Source: an uncultured Alphaproteobacteria bacterium
GTDB taxonomy: Bacteria; Pseudomonadota; Alphaproteobacteria; UBA3830; CAYLKK01
DNA length: 64,000 nucleotides
Assembly (NCBI GenBank): GCA_964412505.1
Contig: CAYPOM010000002.1
Coordinates: 39,715-103,714, forward strand
Direction: 5' to 3'
Shown: positions 48,786 through 60,759 of the stretch, piece after piece
Numbering within the stretch: the first letter of the stretch is position 1
How the letters are laid out: each line of letters starts with the position of its first letter
Notes under the pieces: generated by a model
Told to the model about the DNA's origin: nothing
Seen by the model: only the letters and a program-made list of their open reading frames with translations
Databases searched by the model: none
Made by a program: the position numbers and the translations under genes

Positions 48786-50471
48786 ATGAAAAAAAGTATT
48801 TTGTTCCTCTGCTGTATATTTACATTAGATTGTTTTGCTGGTGGTAACGAACGACAAAATGAAATTACAAAAGAAGTAAAAAAGAAAAATGATCAAATAA
48901 ATGTATCCACTGCTAAAAAAAATAGAGGCCGTAAAGCATCAGAAAAAGTAGCACATTCTAATATCCGGAGGCCTTGGTTAAAAGCTCCACAGAAAGTTGG
49001 ACAATATGAAAATTGGGATAAAAAAGATGGAGATGGCTTAGGTCGTTTTTCTAATGAGCATTGGAATGTCTCTGAACATGAATTTCATGATAAACTGGCT
49101 CATCTTGGAAATAAAACAAATTTTGAAGCTGGAGTTAATATAGCTATACATAGGACATCAAAAATAGCTCGGTTAACATCAGAGTATAAATCAGCAAGGT
49201 TCAAGCAATTGCAATCAAAACTTACAATTCTTCCAAATATACATGCAGAATTCTCAAAATCAAATTCAAATGATGATTACACACAAGAACAAAAAGGAAC
49301 TCAAAATTACACGAGACGCTCTAAAGATGGAAACACTCAGGTAGTCTTATCACAAAATGTATTTAACGGCTTTTCTACTATTAACAATATGAAAGCTTCT
49401 GAAGAAAATGCAAATGCTGCGAAATGGAAACTTGAGTCAGAAACTCAACAAGTGATATATAACATTTTAGAAGCAACATGTACTCTTTGGTATAGTACTG
49501 AAAAATCTAAATTCGCAAATATGAAAAAGGAGAATTTAGAAAAAGCTCTTAAAGGAGAGAAAGCTCGTTTTGCCGCTGGGTTAGCTACTAAATTTGACGT
49601 ATCGAAAGCAGAGGCAGACTATGCTGAAGCAATTTACTTTGCAGACCAAGCTAAGTTTGAGCTGTTAGCAGCTAGAGCGAATTTCAAAAAATTGACTACA
49701 TTGGTTCCTCTAGACGAAGTCGAACTTCCTAACATTAATATTGATATACCAAATGACATAAATGAAATAAAGAAAATAGCGGCGGCAAATAATCCTTTGC
49801 TTTTATCAGCTATGTTTACACAAAAAGCATCAGAACATATTTTAGATGCTACATACGGTAAATTGGGGCCAAAGTGTGATGTGAAAGTAGCGTTTGGGCG
49901 TTCATTACATAGAAGGAACAACGCTCCTGCGCAAGGTGATGTAAAATACACAGAAAATAAAAATTTCAAATCGATCACATTTTCTGCGACATTGCCTATT
50001 TTCGAAAATCATGAAGGCAGTGGAAATACATATTCGGCAATATCACTTGCTCATGAAGAATCAAAAAGAGCTGCATGCGATGTTGTTATACAGAGGACTG
50101 TAGTAGAAAATGAGTGTATTACTAATTATGAACAATATGTAACATGTAAATCACTTATTAAAAGTGCAAGTACTGCTGTACATAGTGCTGAAGTAGGAGT
50201 AGCTGGAGATCGTCAAGAATCAGAACTCGGTATGAAATCTATTACAGAGACGCTTGTTCGTGAAAAACAATTATGTGATCTAAGGATTTCTCTAGCAGAA
50301 GCTAAACATAAGCTTGTGTTAGCAAAAGGAAAAATCTTGCAATCTATGGGGAAATTGACATTTGATAATGTAATGAAAGGGAAAAAAACAAACGTTTTGG
50401 ATGAAATAAAATACAAAGATCACGCAAAAATTCATTCGATAGACGATGATACAAAACATATCGCTAGTTAA
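48786..50471 (+). CDS. tolC: TolC-family outer-membrane channel with Lys-rich N-terminal extension
   Basis: Signal peptide. Two OEP-type repeats show the TolC pattern (VLSQNVFNGFST..., ARFAAGLATKFDVSKAEADY...). An extra segment of about 90 aa follows the signal peptide. Confidence 0.8.
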   Translation: MKKSILFLCCIFTLDCFAGGNERQNEITKEVKKKNDQINVSTAKKNRGRKASEKVAHSNIRRPWLKAPQKVGQYENWDKKDGDGLGRFSNEHWNVSEHEFHDKLAHLGNKTNFEAGVNIAIHRTSKIARLTSEYKSARFKQLQSKLTILPNIHAEFSKSNSNDDYTQEQKGTQNYTRRSKDGNTQVVLSQNVFNGFSTINNMKASEENANAAKWKLESETQQVIYNILEATCTLWYSTEKSKFANMKKENLEKALKGEKARFAAGLATKFDVSKAEADYAEAIYFADQAKFELLAARANFKKLTTLVPLDEVELPNINIDIPNDINEIKKIAAANNPLLLSAMFTQKASEHILDATYGKLGPKCDVKVAFGRSLHRRNNAPAQGDVKYTENKNFKSITFSATLPIFENHEGSGNTYSAISLAHEESKRAACDVVIQRTVVENECITNYEQYVTCKSLIKSASTAVHSAEVGVAGDRQESELGMKSITETLVREKQLCDLRISLAEAKHKLVLAKGKILQSMGKLTFDNVMKGKKTNVLDEIKYKDHAKIHSIDDDTKHIAS

Positions 50472-50483
50472 TTGGAAGATATC

Positions 50484-51239
50484 ATGGCTGATAATAAGAA
50501 CGATAAAGATATATTCGAATCAATCAAGAAAATGGTAGAGACAGACGAGAATTCGTCTGTCTTGGAACTGACTGACATGATCGGAGATGATGGGAAAATT
50601 GTAAAAATTAGCAAGAGCTCGTTAGATGATCAGCAAGGTGAAACTGATGTAACGACTTTTCTAAAGCTGATGCAAACTAATAATAAAGATCTAGGAGGTT
50701 TATTACCTGAACATTTAAGAAAAGAAGTCATGGCACACGAATATGCTGAATCTCAGAATAAAGTTAGTTTGCAGGAGTCTTCTCAACAGGATGTTCAACA
50801 AAATGTAGATGAAAGAATGGATAAACAAAATAATATTGTAAAGAGAGAAGATAGTTTAGAGCAACTTACCGCAAAAGCTATTGATGTTTCTACCGGACAA
50901 ACAACCAAACAAAATCCATCTGCTATATCTAATACAGATGGAATAAAGCATAACGATGTAATTTTAGAAAAAGATCCAAATATTGTAAAACAAATTTTAA
51001 GATCAAATATTGTAAAAAGAGAAAATTATAATAAGAATTTAGAGGTAAAAATGCCAGAAAATACAATATCAAACTTAACTAAGCATTTTGATGATGCAAC
51101 AAACTTTGATGGAACTAGTGATTATGTAAAGAAAATTGTTCAATCTTATGTAAAATCATATTTAGATGATGTGCTACCTGATTTAGTAAGAAGCACAGTC
51201 GAGGAAGAAGTAAAAAAAATGCTGAAAAATATGGCGTAA
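50484..51239 (+). CDS. DUF2497/PopZ-like protein
   Basis: The N-terminus KDIFESIKKMVETDE resembles the PopZ N-terminal MEEILASIRRII motif. The middle is low-complexity and Q/N/K-rich. The C-terminus YLDDVLPDLVRSTVEEEVKKML matches the DUF2497 signature. It sits directly after tolC. Confidence 0.6.
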   Translation: MADNKNDKDIFESIKKMVETDENSSVLELTDMIGDDGKIVKISKSSLDDQQGETDVTTFLKLMQTNNKDLGGLLPEHLRKEVMAHEYAESQNKVSLQESSQQDVQQNVDERMDKQNNIVKREDSLEQLTAKAIDVSTGQTTKQNPSAISNTDGIKHNDVILEKDPNIVKQILRSNIVKRENYNKNLEVKMPENTISNLTKHFDDATNFDGTSDYVKKIVQSYVKSYLDDVLPDLVRSTVEEEVKKMLKNMA

Positions 51240-51248
51240 GAAGAATCT

Positions 51249-51959
51249 ATGAAAAAGAACGAGGCAAGAAGCAAGACAGTTTGGTTATATGGAACACATG
51301 CTGTTACTGCTGCTTTAAATAATCCTAATAGGAAAATTTTACGTTTTATTGTATCAAATAAAACTCAAATAGCAGAATTTCCTAATATTAAGTCTGTAAA
51401 AGCAGAAATCGTAGATAAGCAGGTATTTAGTGATATATTTGGAAAAGACGCGATTCATCAATGTTGTGCTGTTTTAACAGAACGTCTATGCAATGTTTTT
51501 TTAGAAGATATACTGGAAATTGATGACAATAGACCAATATTACTTTTAGATCAAATTACAGATCCACATAATGTTGGAGCAATACTTCGTTCTGCTGCAG
51601 TTTTTGGTGCTAAATGTATTGTCACAACAGAAGATAATGCTCCAATAGAATCTGCAGTTTTAGCTAAAAGCGCATCAGGAGCCTTAGAAATCGTTCCGAT
51701 TGTTCGTGTCATTAATTTAGCGCAATGTATGAAAACATTGAAAAAGCATAATTATTGGTGCGTGGGCTTAGATGAGCGTGGAACATCAAATTTAGCTGAA
51801 CTAGATTTTTCAATTAGATATGCATTTGTTATAGGTAGTGAAGGTAATGGACTAAGAAGACTGACAAAAGATTCTTGCGATATACTTGTAAGATTACCAG
51901 TTTCTTCTAACTTTTCGACATTAAATGCCGCACAAGCATGTACTGTAACTTTGTACTAA
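51249..51959 (+). CDS. rlmB: TrmH/SpoU-family 23S rRNA 2'-O-methyltransferase (RlmB-like)
   Basis: Motifs are DQITDPHNVGAILRSA, FVIGSEGNGL and LNAAQA. Confidence 0.85.
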   Translation: MKKNEARSKTVWLYGTHAVTAALNNPNRKILRFIVSNKTQIAEFPNIKSVKAEIVDKQVFSDIFGKDAIHQCCAVLTERLCNVFLEDILEIDDNRPILLLDQITDPHNVGAILRSAAVFGAKCIVTTEDNAPIESAVLAKSASGALEIVPIVRVINLAQCMKTLKKHNYWCVGLDERGTSNLAELDFSIRYAFVIGSEGNGLRRLTKDSCDILVRLPVSSNFSTLNAAQACTVTLY

Positions 51960-51979
51960 AGTTTTAAAGGTAGAATGTA

Positions 51980-52708
51980 ATGAATATTTTTCGAGCTTAT
52001 TGTTTGGTAATTCCATTTTTGGTTTGCTCATGTGCTAGTGAAAAAGCGCTTTATGAAATGCAAAGTAAAAATCCACATATTAACATAGAAAAAAAAAGAG
52101 ATCCCTTCCAAGCATTAAATAGAAAAGTCACAAAATTTAATATTGCTTTAGATAAATATATGCTTAGGAATATTTCTATAGCATACAAGTATGGCGTTAA
52201 CGATAAAATGCGTGATTGTGTCTCAAATTTTTTACATAACTTACGCATGCCATGCTCTGCCATATTCCATTTTATGTGTTTAAATGGCAAAGATACGACA
52301 AAAAGTGTGTGGAGATTTTTAATAAATTCAACAATCGGCATTTTGGGACTGTTTGATCCTGCAAGTAGGTTGTTTAAATTGAATTCAAAAGAAATTACAT
52401 TTTGTAATGTTTTAGAAAACTACGGCTTGGTAGGTAAGCCTTATATAGTTCTACCAATTTTAGGCCCATCCTCACCTAGAGATATGATTGGATTTGTAGG
52501 AGGGATATTTTTAGATCCGCTTTATTACGTGTATCCAACATGGTTTAAGTTTGGACAAAAACCAATTGAGGCTATTAACGATAGATCAAATAATTTTGAA
52601 GCAATTGATAGCATACTATATAATTCTATTGATACATATACTACATTACGTGACATGTATTTAAAAAGAACGGACGAAGAAATAGCATTAGAATTATTAA
52701 TCGACTAG
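51980..52708 (+). CDS. mlaA: MlaA/VacJ family lipoprotein
   Basis: Lipobox LVCSC. DPFQALNRKVTKFN and INSTIGILGLFDPA are typical of MlaA. Confidence 0.85.
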   Translation: MNIFRAYCLVIPFLVCSCASEKALYEMQSKNPHINIEKKRDPFQALNRKVTKFNIALDKYMLRNISIAYKYGVNDKMRDCVSNFLHNLRMPCSAIFHFMCLNGKDTTKSVWRFLINSTIGILGLFDPASRLFKLNSKEITFCNVLENYGLVGKPYIVLPILGPSSPRDMIGFVGGIFLDPLYYVYPTWFKFGQKPIEAINDRSNNFEAIDSILYNSIDTYTTLRDMYLKRTDEEIALELLID

Positions 52709-52730
52709 GTATAAATCATCAGAGGTTGAA

Positions 52731-53306
52731 ATGGCAAAGATGTATTTTTATTATGCAGCAATGAATGCTGGAAAATCGACTAATTTGTTACAAGCTAGCC
52801 ATAACTATACAGAACGTGGTATGAAAACAGAAATTTTTACATCTTCGTTAGATAATAGATATGGTTATGGAGAAGTAACATCAAGGCTAGGCATAAAAGC
52901 AAAAGCAACATTGTACGATAAGGATTTTAACTTCTTTCAATTTATGCAAGATAAACAAGATACAGCATGTGTACTTGTAGATGAATCTCAATTTTTAACT
53001 CAAAAACAGGTAGAACAATTAGCAAGTGTTGTTGATACATTCAATATTCCTGTTTTAGCGTATGGGTTACGTACTGATTTCCAAGGCAACCTATTTGAAG
53101 GAAGTATGCGTTTATTAGCAATTGCAGATTCTATAAAAGAACTAAAAACTATGTGTTTTTGTGGCTCAAAAGCTGTTATGAACGCAAGGATTGACAAAGA
53201 TGGAACGGTCTTGCGCTCTGGAGAACAAATTGAGATAGGAGGAAATGAGTCGTATGTACCACTCTGTAGAAAACATTTTATAGAAGGAATTATAGAAAAT
53301 AAATAA
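52731..53306 (+). CDS. tdk: thymidine kinase
   Basis: P-loop AMNAGKST, VDESQF, and a C-terminal zinc-binding pair (CFCG ... PLCRKH). 191 aa. Confidence 0.9.
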   Translation: MAKMYFYYAAMNAGKSTNLLQASHNYTERGMKTEIFTSSLDNRYGYGEVTSRLGIKAKATLYDKDFNFFQFMQDKQDTACVLVDESQFLTQKQVEQLASVVDTFNIPVLAYGLRTDFQGNLFEGSMRLLAIADSIKELKTMCFCGSKAVMNARIDKDGTVLRSGEQIEIGGNESYVPLCRKHFIEGIIENK

Positions 53307-53308
53307 GA

Positions 53309-53336
53309 GACAGCCATATCTCTTAATAAGGCTGTC
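53309..53336. terminator. GC-containing hairpin between convergent tdk and peroxiredoxin genes (possible bidirectional terminator)
   Basis: GACAGCC (53309..53315) and GGCTGTC (53330..53336) form a perfect 7-bp stem with a 14-nt loop. Flanks are T/A-rich on both strands. Confidence 0.45.
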
Positions 53337-53351
53337 TTACTTACAAATAGT

Positions 53352-53915
53352 CTACACAGTTAAGTTTGATTTATCTATTGGTTTATCGCCTTTTATCCAA
53401 CCACACTGACATAATTCGCCTGTTTGCAAAGCATCCAGTACTCTCAAGACTTCGACAGGATTACGTCCAATCCCCATGTCTGTTACCATCGCAAAGCGAA
53501 TTATATTCTCTGGATCGACAATGAATAATGCTCTTTTTGCTGCACCAGATTCACAATCAAGTATCCCTAGATTTGAAGAGAGAGTTTTATGAAAATCAGA
53601 CATTAATGGATAATTTAGTTTATTTAAAGGAGTATGATACTTTTTCCATGCCCAATGCACAAACTCACTATCTACACTACACCCCAAAATTTGAGTATTT
53701 CTATCTTGAAACTCTTTTAACAAATTAGCAAATCCAATAATTTCAGTAGGACAAACAAATGTAAAATCCTTAGGATAGAAGAAAATTACTTTCCAACCTG
53801 TATAAGTATTATTGCATATTGTTTTAAATGCATTGTCCATGTTTAATTGATCTGCAGTTTGCTCACTTAAAGAAACCAAAGAGAACTCAGGAAATTTATC
53901 ACCGACTGTCAACAT
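53352..53915 (-). CDS. 2-Cys peroxiredoxin (AhpC/Prx1 family)
   Basis: Peroxidatic Cys motif FTFVCPTE. The C-terminal resolving-Cys region is GELCQCGW. 187 aa. Confidence 0.9.
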   Translation of the reverse strand: MLTVGDKFPEFSLVSLSEQTADQLNMDNAFKTICNNTYTGWKVIFFYPKDFTFVCPTEIIGFANLLKEFQDRNTQILGCSVDSEFVHWAWKKYHTPLNKLNYPLMSDFHKTLSSNLGILDCESGAAKRALFIVDPENIIRFAMVTDMGIGRNPVEVLRVLDALQTGELCQCGWIKGDKPIDKSNLTV

Positions 53916-53990
53916 AATACAAAACCTCCAAAAATATATACAATTTTATGCTAACAGATTTTTCAAAATTATAGAATACATATTTTGATA

Positions 53991-54473
53991 TTACCTCATT
54001 TTTTTTGCTCTCATAGATTTACGTATCTTTACGTAAAATGCTCCCTCTCCTCCATCTGCTCTATCTGCACACGATACAACAGATATAAAAGCGGATAGTT
54101 CTCTCTCTACTCTTTCTAGAAAACTTTTTCTAATAGTTTTGTTGTTTTTCCAACTGCCACCAGTAATTACAATTATATCGTTTATTCCAATTGCAGCTTT
54201 TTCTAGAATAAACTTCTCTAATTGCTCCATAGCATCATTTAGTGTAAAACCATGTAAGTCTATTACATGTTCTTTTTTGAAATTTTTCCTTTCATTTTTC
54301 AGGAGGTCTCTTACGCTTAAAAAATCGTCTGATTCGTGCTTAAACATGCTATTGTTAAGTACGCTATCATTCAAATTTGGAACATCGTTTATGTTAAAGA
54401 TTTTTTTAAAAAATACCTTCCTGTTTTTCCTTTGAAGTTTTTGAATACCATTAATATACTCTTCCCAATTCAT
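53991..54473 (-). CDS. Smr-domain protein
   Basis: The C-terminal Smr domain reads IDLHGFTLNDAMEQLEKFI...IIVITGG. It starts 1 nt after the PBP gene stop. Confidence 0.8.
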   Translation of the reverse strand: MNWEEYINGIQKLQRKNRKVFFKKIFNINDVPNLNDSVLNNSMFKHESDDFLSVRDLLKNERKNFKKEHVIDLHGFTLNDAMEQLEKFILEKAAIGINDIIVITGGSWKNNKTIRKSFLERVERELSAFISVVSCADRADGGEGAFYVKIRKSMRAKKMR

Positions 54474-54474
54474 T

Positions 54475-56364
54475 TCAACGTTCCAAGTGCTTTATAAAAT
54501 TCGATATTTTTTTACGCCTTCTTTTTTGATCGGCTAATTTATACATATCAATTTTTATTTCAGGAATATCATTCGATAAATCTTCATTATACAAAACTGA
54601 ATACATATAATCGTGCCAAACTCTAGCAGGGATAGTACCACCTGTCACAGACTTTGCCATAGGGCTCATAACATCATTTCCTACCCACACGGATGTCGCT
54701 AAATTTTTTGCAAAGCCAGCAAAACAGGCATCCATGCTATTATTTGATGTTCCACTTTTACCATATGCTTGAATTGGCAATTTAGCTTTTTTCCCTGTAC
54801 CATAATCTACCACAGATTTTAGCAACTTTTTCATCTTCTCACAAACATCGTGACTCAAAACTCGTTTTCGCTCAATGCGTTTTCTATATAGCAGTTTTCC
54901 AGATTTCGTACGAATACTAATTATGCCATACGGATCAATTTTATAACCTGAATTTAATACAGCTCCATAGCATGCCGTTAACTCAAAAATATTAGCAGCG
55001 CCACTACCTAAAGCCATTGTTAAATCATTCGGTATGTCACAAGAAAATCCTAATTTTCTAGCTGTGTTTTTTATACTCCTAACCCCAAATTTTTTTGCTA
55101 ATCTAACAGCGCATGTATTTACTGAATATGCAAAAGCATCGCACAAAGTCAACTGTCCCCTACTCTGCCAATGATAATTTTTTGGAGACCAATTGCCAAT
55201 TTTTATTGAATTATCTGATACACAATCTAAAGGATCTAAACCATTTTCTAAAGCATTTAAATAAACAAAAAATTTGAAAGAAGAACCTGCTGATCTTGCA
55301 GCAAAACACCTATTAAATTGGCTTTGGCTATATGTATGACCTCCTACCATAGATTTTACAGCGCCTGTACTATCCATACAAACAAGAGCCATCTGATTTA
55401 TGTTTAACTTGAAACCATCATCAAGTAAATACTTTCTAACAATAGCTATAGCATTTTTTTGCATTCTACGATCTAACGTAGTTCTTACAATAAGATCTTC
55501 GTCTGACGAACATAAATTAGGAATAATCTCCATTACCCAATCAGTAAAATATCTATTATCTGACATAGTTTCTGTTATTTTGTAGTTTTTATCACAATTT
55601 TCTATACATTCATCTACTTCAACTTTTTTTACAAAACCACACTCAAGCATTGCAGATAAAACTATAGCAGCACGTGTATCTGAAGCATCTTGATTAGAGA
55701 TTGGGGAATAAGCAGTAGGAGATTTCAAACATGCAGCCAATTTTGCTGATTCAAGTAGGTCTAAATCTTTTGCATTTTTCCCGAAGAATCTATGCGCAGC
55801 AGCATCTATACCATATGCACCGCCACCGAAATAAACTCTATTAAGATATATCGTTAATATCTGATTTTTTGTGAATTTACTTTCTATCATGAAAGATAGA
55901 ATCAACTCTTGCAATTTTCGTTTAATTGAACGGTCAGGAGTTAAAAATAAGTTTTTAGCTAATTGTTGAGTAATCGTTGAAGCACCTTGAATTTTGTTTT
56001 TCATTATATTTGAATGGATAGCACGAAAAACTCCTATTAAATCTACACCAAAATGATTATAAAATCGCCTATCTTCTATAGCTAGAACAGCCTGATAAAC
56101 ATGTTTTGGAAGTTCATCTGTCATTACTACTTTTCCAAACAAGTCACCATAACTTGCAATAACATTTCCGTTGCAATCTTCAAAAATAATACTAGACTTT
56201 CTAGTAGAAACCTTCAGTAAAGAAAGGCTTGGAATATCATAACAAACGTATGAACAAAGTAGAAATACAAACACAAACCCACAAAACAGTGCATACGAAA
56301 TAACTTTAGCACTATTATGGGGTATGTTAATTTGTATTTTTTTTCGTTTTTTTTTACCCAACAA
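54475..56364 (-). CDS. bifunctional class A penicillin-binding protein (glycosyltransferase + transpeptidase)
   Basis: GT51 motifs are AIEDRRFYNHFGVD and GASTITQQL. Transpeptidase motifs are SSFK (SxxK), SVN and KSGTS. TTG start follows AGGAGAGG. Confidence 0.9.
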   Translation of the reverse strand: MLGKKKRKKIQINIPHNSAKVISYALFCGFVFVFLLCSYVCYDIPSLSLLKVSTRKSSIIFEDCNGNVIASYGDLFGKVVMTDELPKHVYQAVLAIEDRRFYNHFGVDLIGVFRAIHSNIMKNKIQGASTITQQLAKNLFLTPDRSIKRKLQELILSFMIESKFTKNQILTIYLNRVYFGGGAYGIDAAAHRFFGKNAKDLDLLESAKLAACLKSPTAYSPISNQDASDTRAAIVLSAMLECGFVKKVEVDECIENCDKNYKITETMSDNRYFTDWVMEIIPNLCSSDEDLIVRTTLDRRMQKNAIAIVRKYLLDDGFKLNINQMALVCMDSTGAVKSMVGGHTYSQSQFNRCFAARSAGSSFKFFVYLNALENGLDPLDCVSDNSIKIGNWSPKNYHWQSRGQLTLCDAFAYSVNTCAVRLAKKFGVRSIKNTARKLGFSCDIPNDLTMALGSGAANIFELTACYGAVLNSGYKIDPYGIISIRTKSGKLLYRKRIERKRVLSHDVCEKMKKLLKSVVDYGTGKKAKLPIQAYGKSGTSNNSMDACFAGFAKNLATSVWVGNDVMSPMAKSVTGGTIPARVWHDYMYSVLYNEDLSNDIPEIKIDMYKLADQKRRRKKISNFIKHLER

Positions 56365-56378
56365 CCTCTCCTAAAAAA

Positions 56379-58772
<2,394 letters not shown>

Positions 58773-58854
58773 TTACACCTTACTTTATATACGTAGTTTA
58801 CTTGATTTTTAACATAACGCCAAGTATAATTTTTGAAATTTTTAGGCTATCTGT

Positions 58855-60462
58855 ATGCTACATAACAAATTAGTATTTAACTTTCTGATTTTTTCTGTTG
58901 TTGGAGTATGTAATTTTTCTTTTTGCTGTGACGCAAATAAGACAGAAGATAGTGAACATGGAGAAATTACAGATAGCAGTGTAGCAAGTGCAGTTGGGAA
59001 AGGAGAATCTTTAGCTCTTCCTGAGGCATTAGTAAAAAATGTAGGGAAAGAAAAAGCTCTTGCAATTTTTTTAAATGCTATAGTAGATTCAGTAAAAAAT
59101 AATCATGTTGTAAAATATGAAAATTCTGAGTTACTATTGAAAGCAGTAGAAGGATTCTTATCAAACTTAGATCCTCACACATCATATTTAAATGAAAAAA
59201 CATTTAAATCATTGATAGAACAAACAGACGGTCAGTTTGGCGGTATAGGGACTGAAATAATAATAGATTCAGGGCTTATAAGAATCGTAACTCCGATAGA
59301 TGACACACCAGCGTACAAGGAAGGGCTAAAATCTGGGGATTATGTTATATGCATAGACGATGAATATATAAATGGGATTTCAGCAGACGAAGCTGTCACA
59401 AAGTTAAGAGGAAAGCCTGGAACAAAAGTCAAACTAAAAATAAAAAGGACAGGCAAAGATCCATTCGACGTAGAAATTACTAGAGACATAATAAAAATAC
59501 AATCTGTAAAAGCAGAGCTTTTAGATGGAGTTGGATATATAAGAATTTCATCATTTGATAAAAATACAACAAAAGATATGCTTAAATTCATACAAGATGC
59601 TAAACGAAATCTAGGAGATAAATTTCAAGGCGTAATTCTAGATATGAGAAATAATCCAGGAGGATTATTAGATGAAGCATATTCAGTCGCAGATGCATTT
59701 TTAGATTCAGGAAAAATAGTCACTACAAAAGGTCGTGTCCCTGCGACATTTTTTGAGTTCAACGCAAAAAAAGGTGATGTATTAGAAGGTAAACCAGTTG
59801 TAGTACTAGTTAACAGTGGAACAGCGTCTGCACCTGAAATTGTCGCAGCAGCTTTACAAGATAACAAGAGGGCAATTATTGTCGGAACAAGAACATTTGG
59901 AAAAGGTTCTGTACAAAGTTTGATTCCTTTGTCTAATAAAACTGGAATGAAAATAACAATTGCTATGCACTACAAACCTTCAGGCGAATGCATACAATGC
60001 AAAGGCGTTTCACCTGACGTAGAAGTAAAACCTGCGTCTATTTCAGAATTAAAGGATTACACATGTTTAAGAGAAGAAAATATTAAACATGCAATAGGTG
60101 GCTTGTCTGAAGAAAGCGCTGTTTTAACTGAGTGCACAGCAAAGAAAATCCAAAAAGAAAATGAGCAAGAAGAAGTTAACCAACACACTGTAAATAAAAT
60201 CATGGAATTTGTAAAAGATTTGTTTGGGCTTAAAAATGTTGATTCTAAATCAGATAGAGAAATTCGCAAGAAAGTAAAGGAGCTCTCAAAATCTAAAGAA
60301 AAAAGTGAAGACGACGATTTTGATTTATTGTGTAGGAAGTTACCTTTAGAAGAAAGAATCGAGAAGGATTTACAACTAAGGGAATCTTTCACAATCTTAA
60401 GGGCATTTAAAAGTTACTCTATAATATTAAAAAAGCAAGAAGAAAATAAAAAGTTAAAGTAA
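58855..60462 (+). CDS. ctpA: carboxy-terminal processing protease (S41 family) with charged C-terminal extension
   Basis: PDZ domain, catalytic region SGTASAPEIVAAAL and TFGKGSVQ. The last roughly 130 aa are a Lys/Glu-rich extension. Confidence 0.9.
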   Translation: MLHNKLVFNFLIFSVVGVCNFSFCCDANKTEDSEHGEITDSSVASAVGKGESLALPEALVKNVGKEKALAIFLNAIVDSVKNNHVVKYENSELLLKAVEGFLSNLDPHTSYLNEKTFKSLIEQTDGQFGGIGTEIIIDSGLIRIVTPIDDTPAYKEGLKSGDYVICIDDEYINGISADEAVTKLRGKPGTKVKLKIKRTGKDPFDVEITRDIIKIQSVKAELLDGVGYIRISSFDKNTTKDMLKFIQDAKRNLGDKFQGVILDMRNNPGGLLDEAYSVADAFLDSGKIVTTKGRVPATFFEFNAKKGDVLEGKPVVVLVNSGTASAPEIVAAALQDNKRAIIVGTRTFGKGSVQSLIPLSNKTGMKITIAMHYKPSGECIQCKGVSPDVEVKPASISELKDYTCLREENIKHAIGGLSEESAVLTECTAKKIQKENEQEEVNQHTVNKIMEFVKDLFGLKNVDSKSDREIRKKVKELSKSKEKSEDDDFDLLCRKLPLEERIEKDLQLRESFTILRAFKSYSIILKKQEENKKLK

Positions 60463-60471
60463 GGAGCAATT

Positions 60472-60750
60472 ATGAAACAAAAATTTTTTGCATTTACATG
60501 GGTTATGTTTGGTCTTATAGTAGCAGCGTTAGCAGGACTAGAATATCTTATAAATAAAGAAGACAATTTTACAGTACAAAAGCAATATAAATTAGTAGTG
60601 AATGAGGAAGAATTAAAAAATGCAAAGGATGAGAGGACTAAAAGTGATATAGAGAAAGATGACCATCTCAAAGAGAATAATGTTAATACAGAAAAAAACC
60701 AAAAAACAGAAAGCAAAACAGCTGTAAAATCTGAAGAAAAAACAGCCTAG
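60472..60750 (+). CDS. small membrane-anchored protein with Lys/Glu-rich tail (92 aa), unknown function
   Basis: AGGAG RBS lies 6 nt upstream of the ATG. A single N-terminal TM (FFAFTWVMFGLIVAALAGL) is followed by a highly charged tail. Confidence 0.5.
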   Translation: MKQKFFAFTWVMFGLIVAALAGLEYLINKEDNFTVQKQYKLVVNEEELKNAKDERTKSDIEKDDHLKENNVNTEKNQKTESKTAVKSEEKTA

Positions 60751-60759
60751 GAGTTGAAT

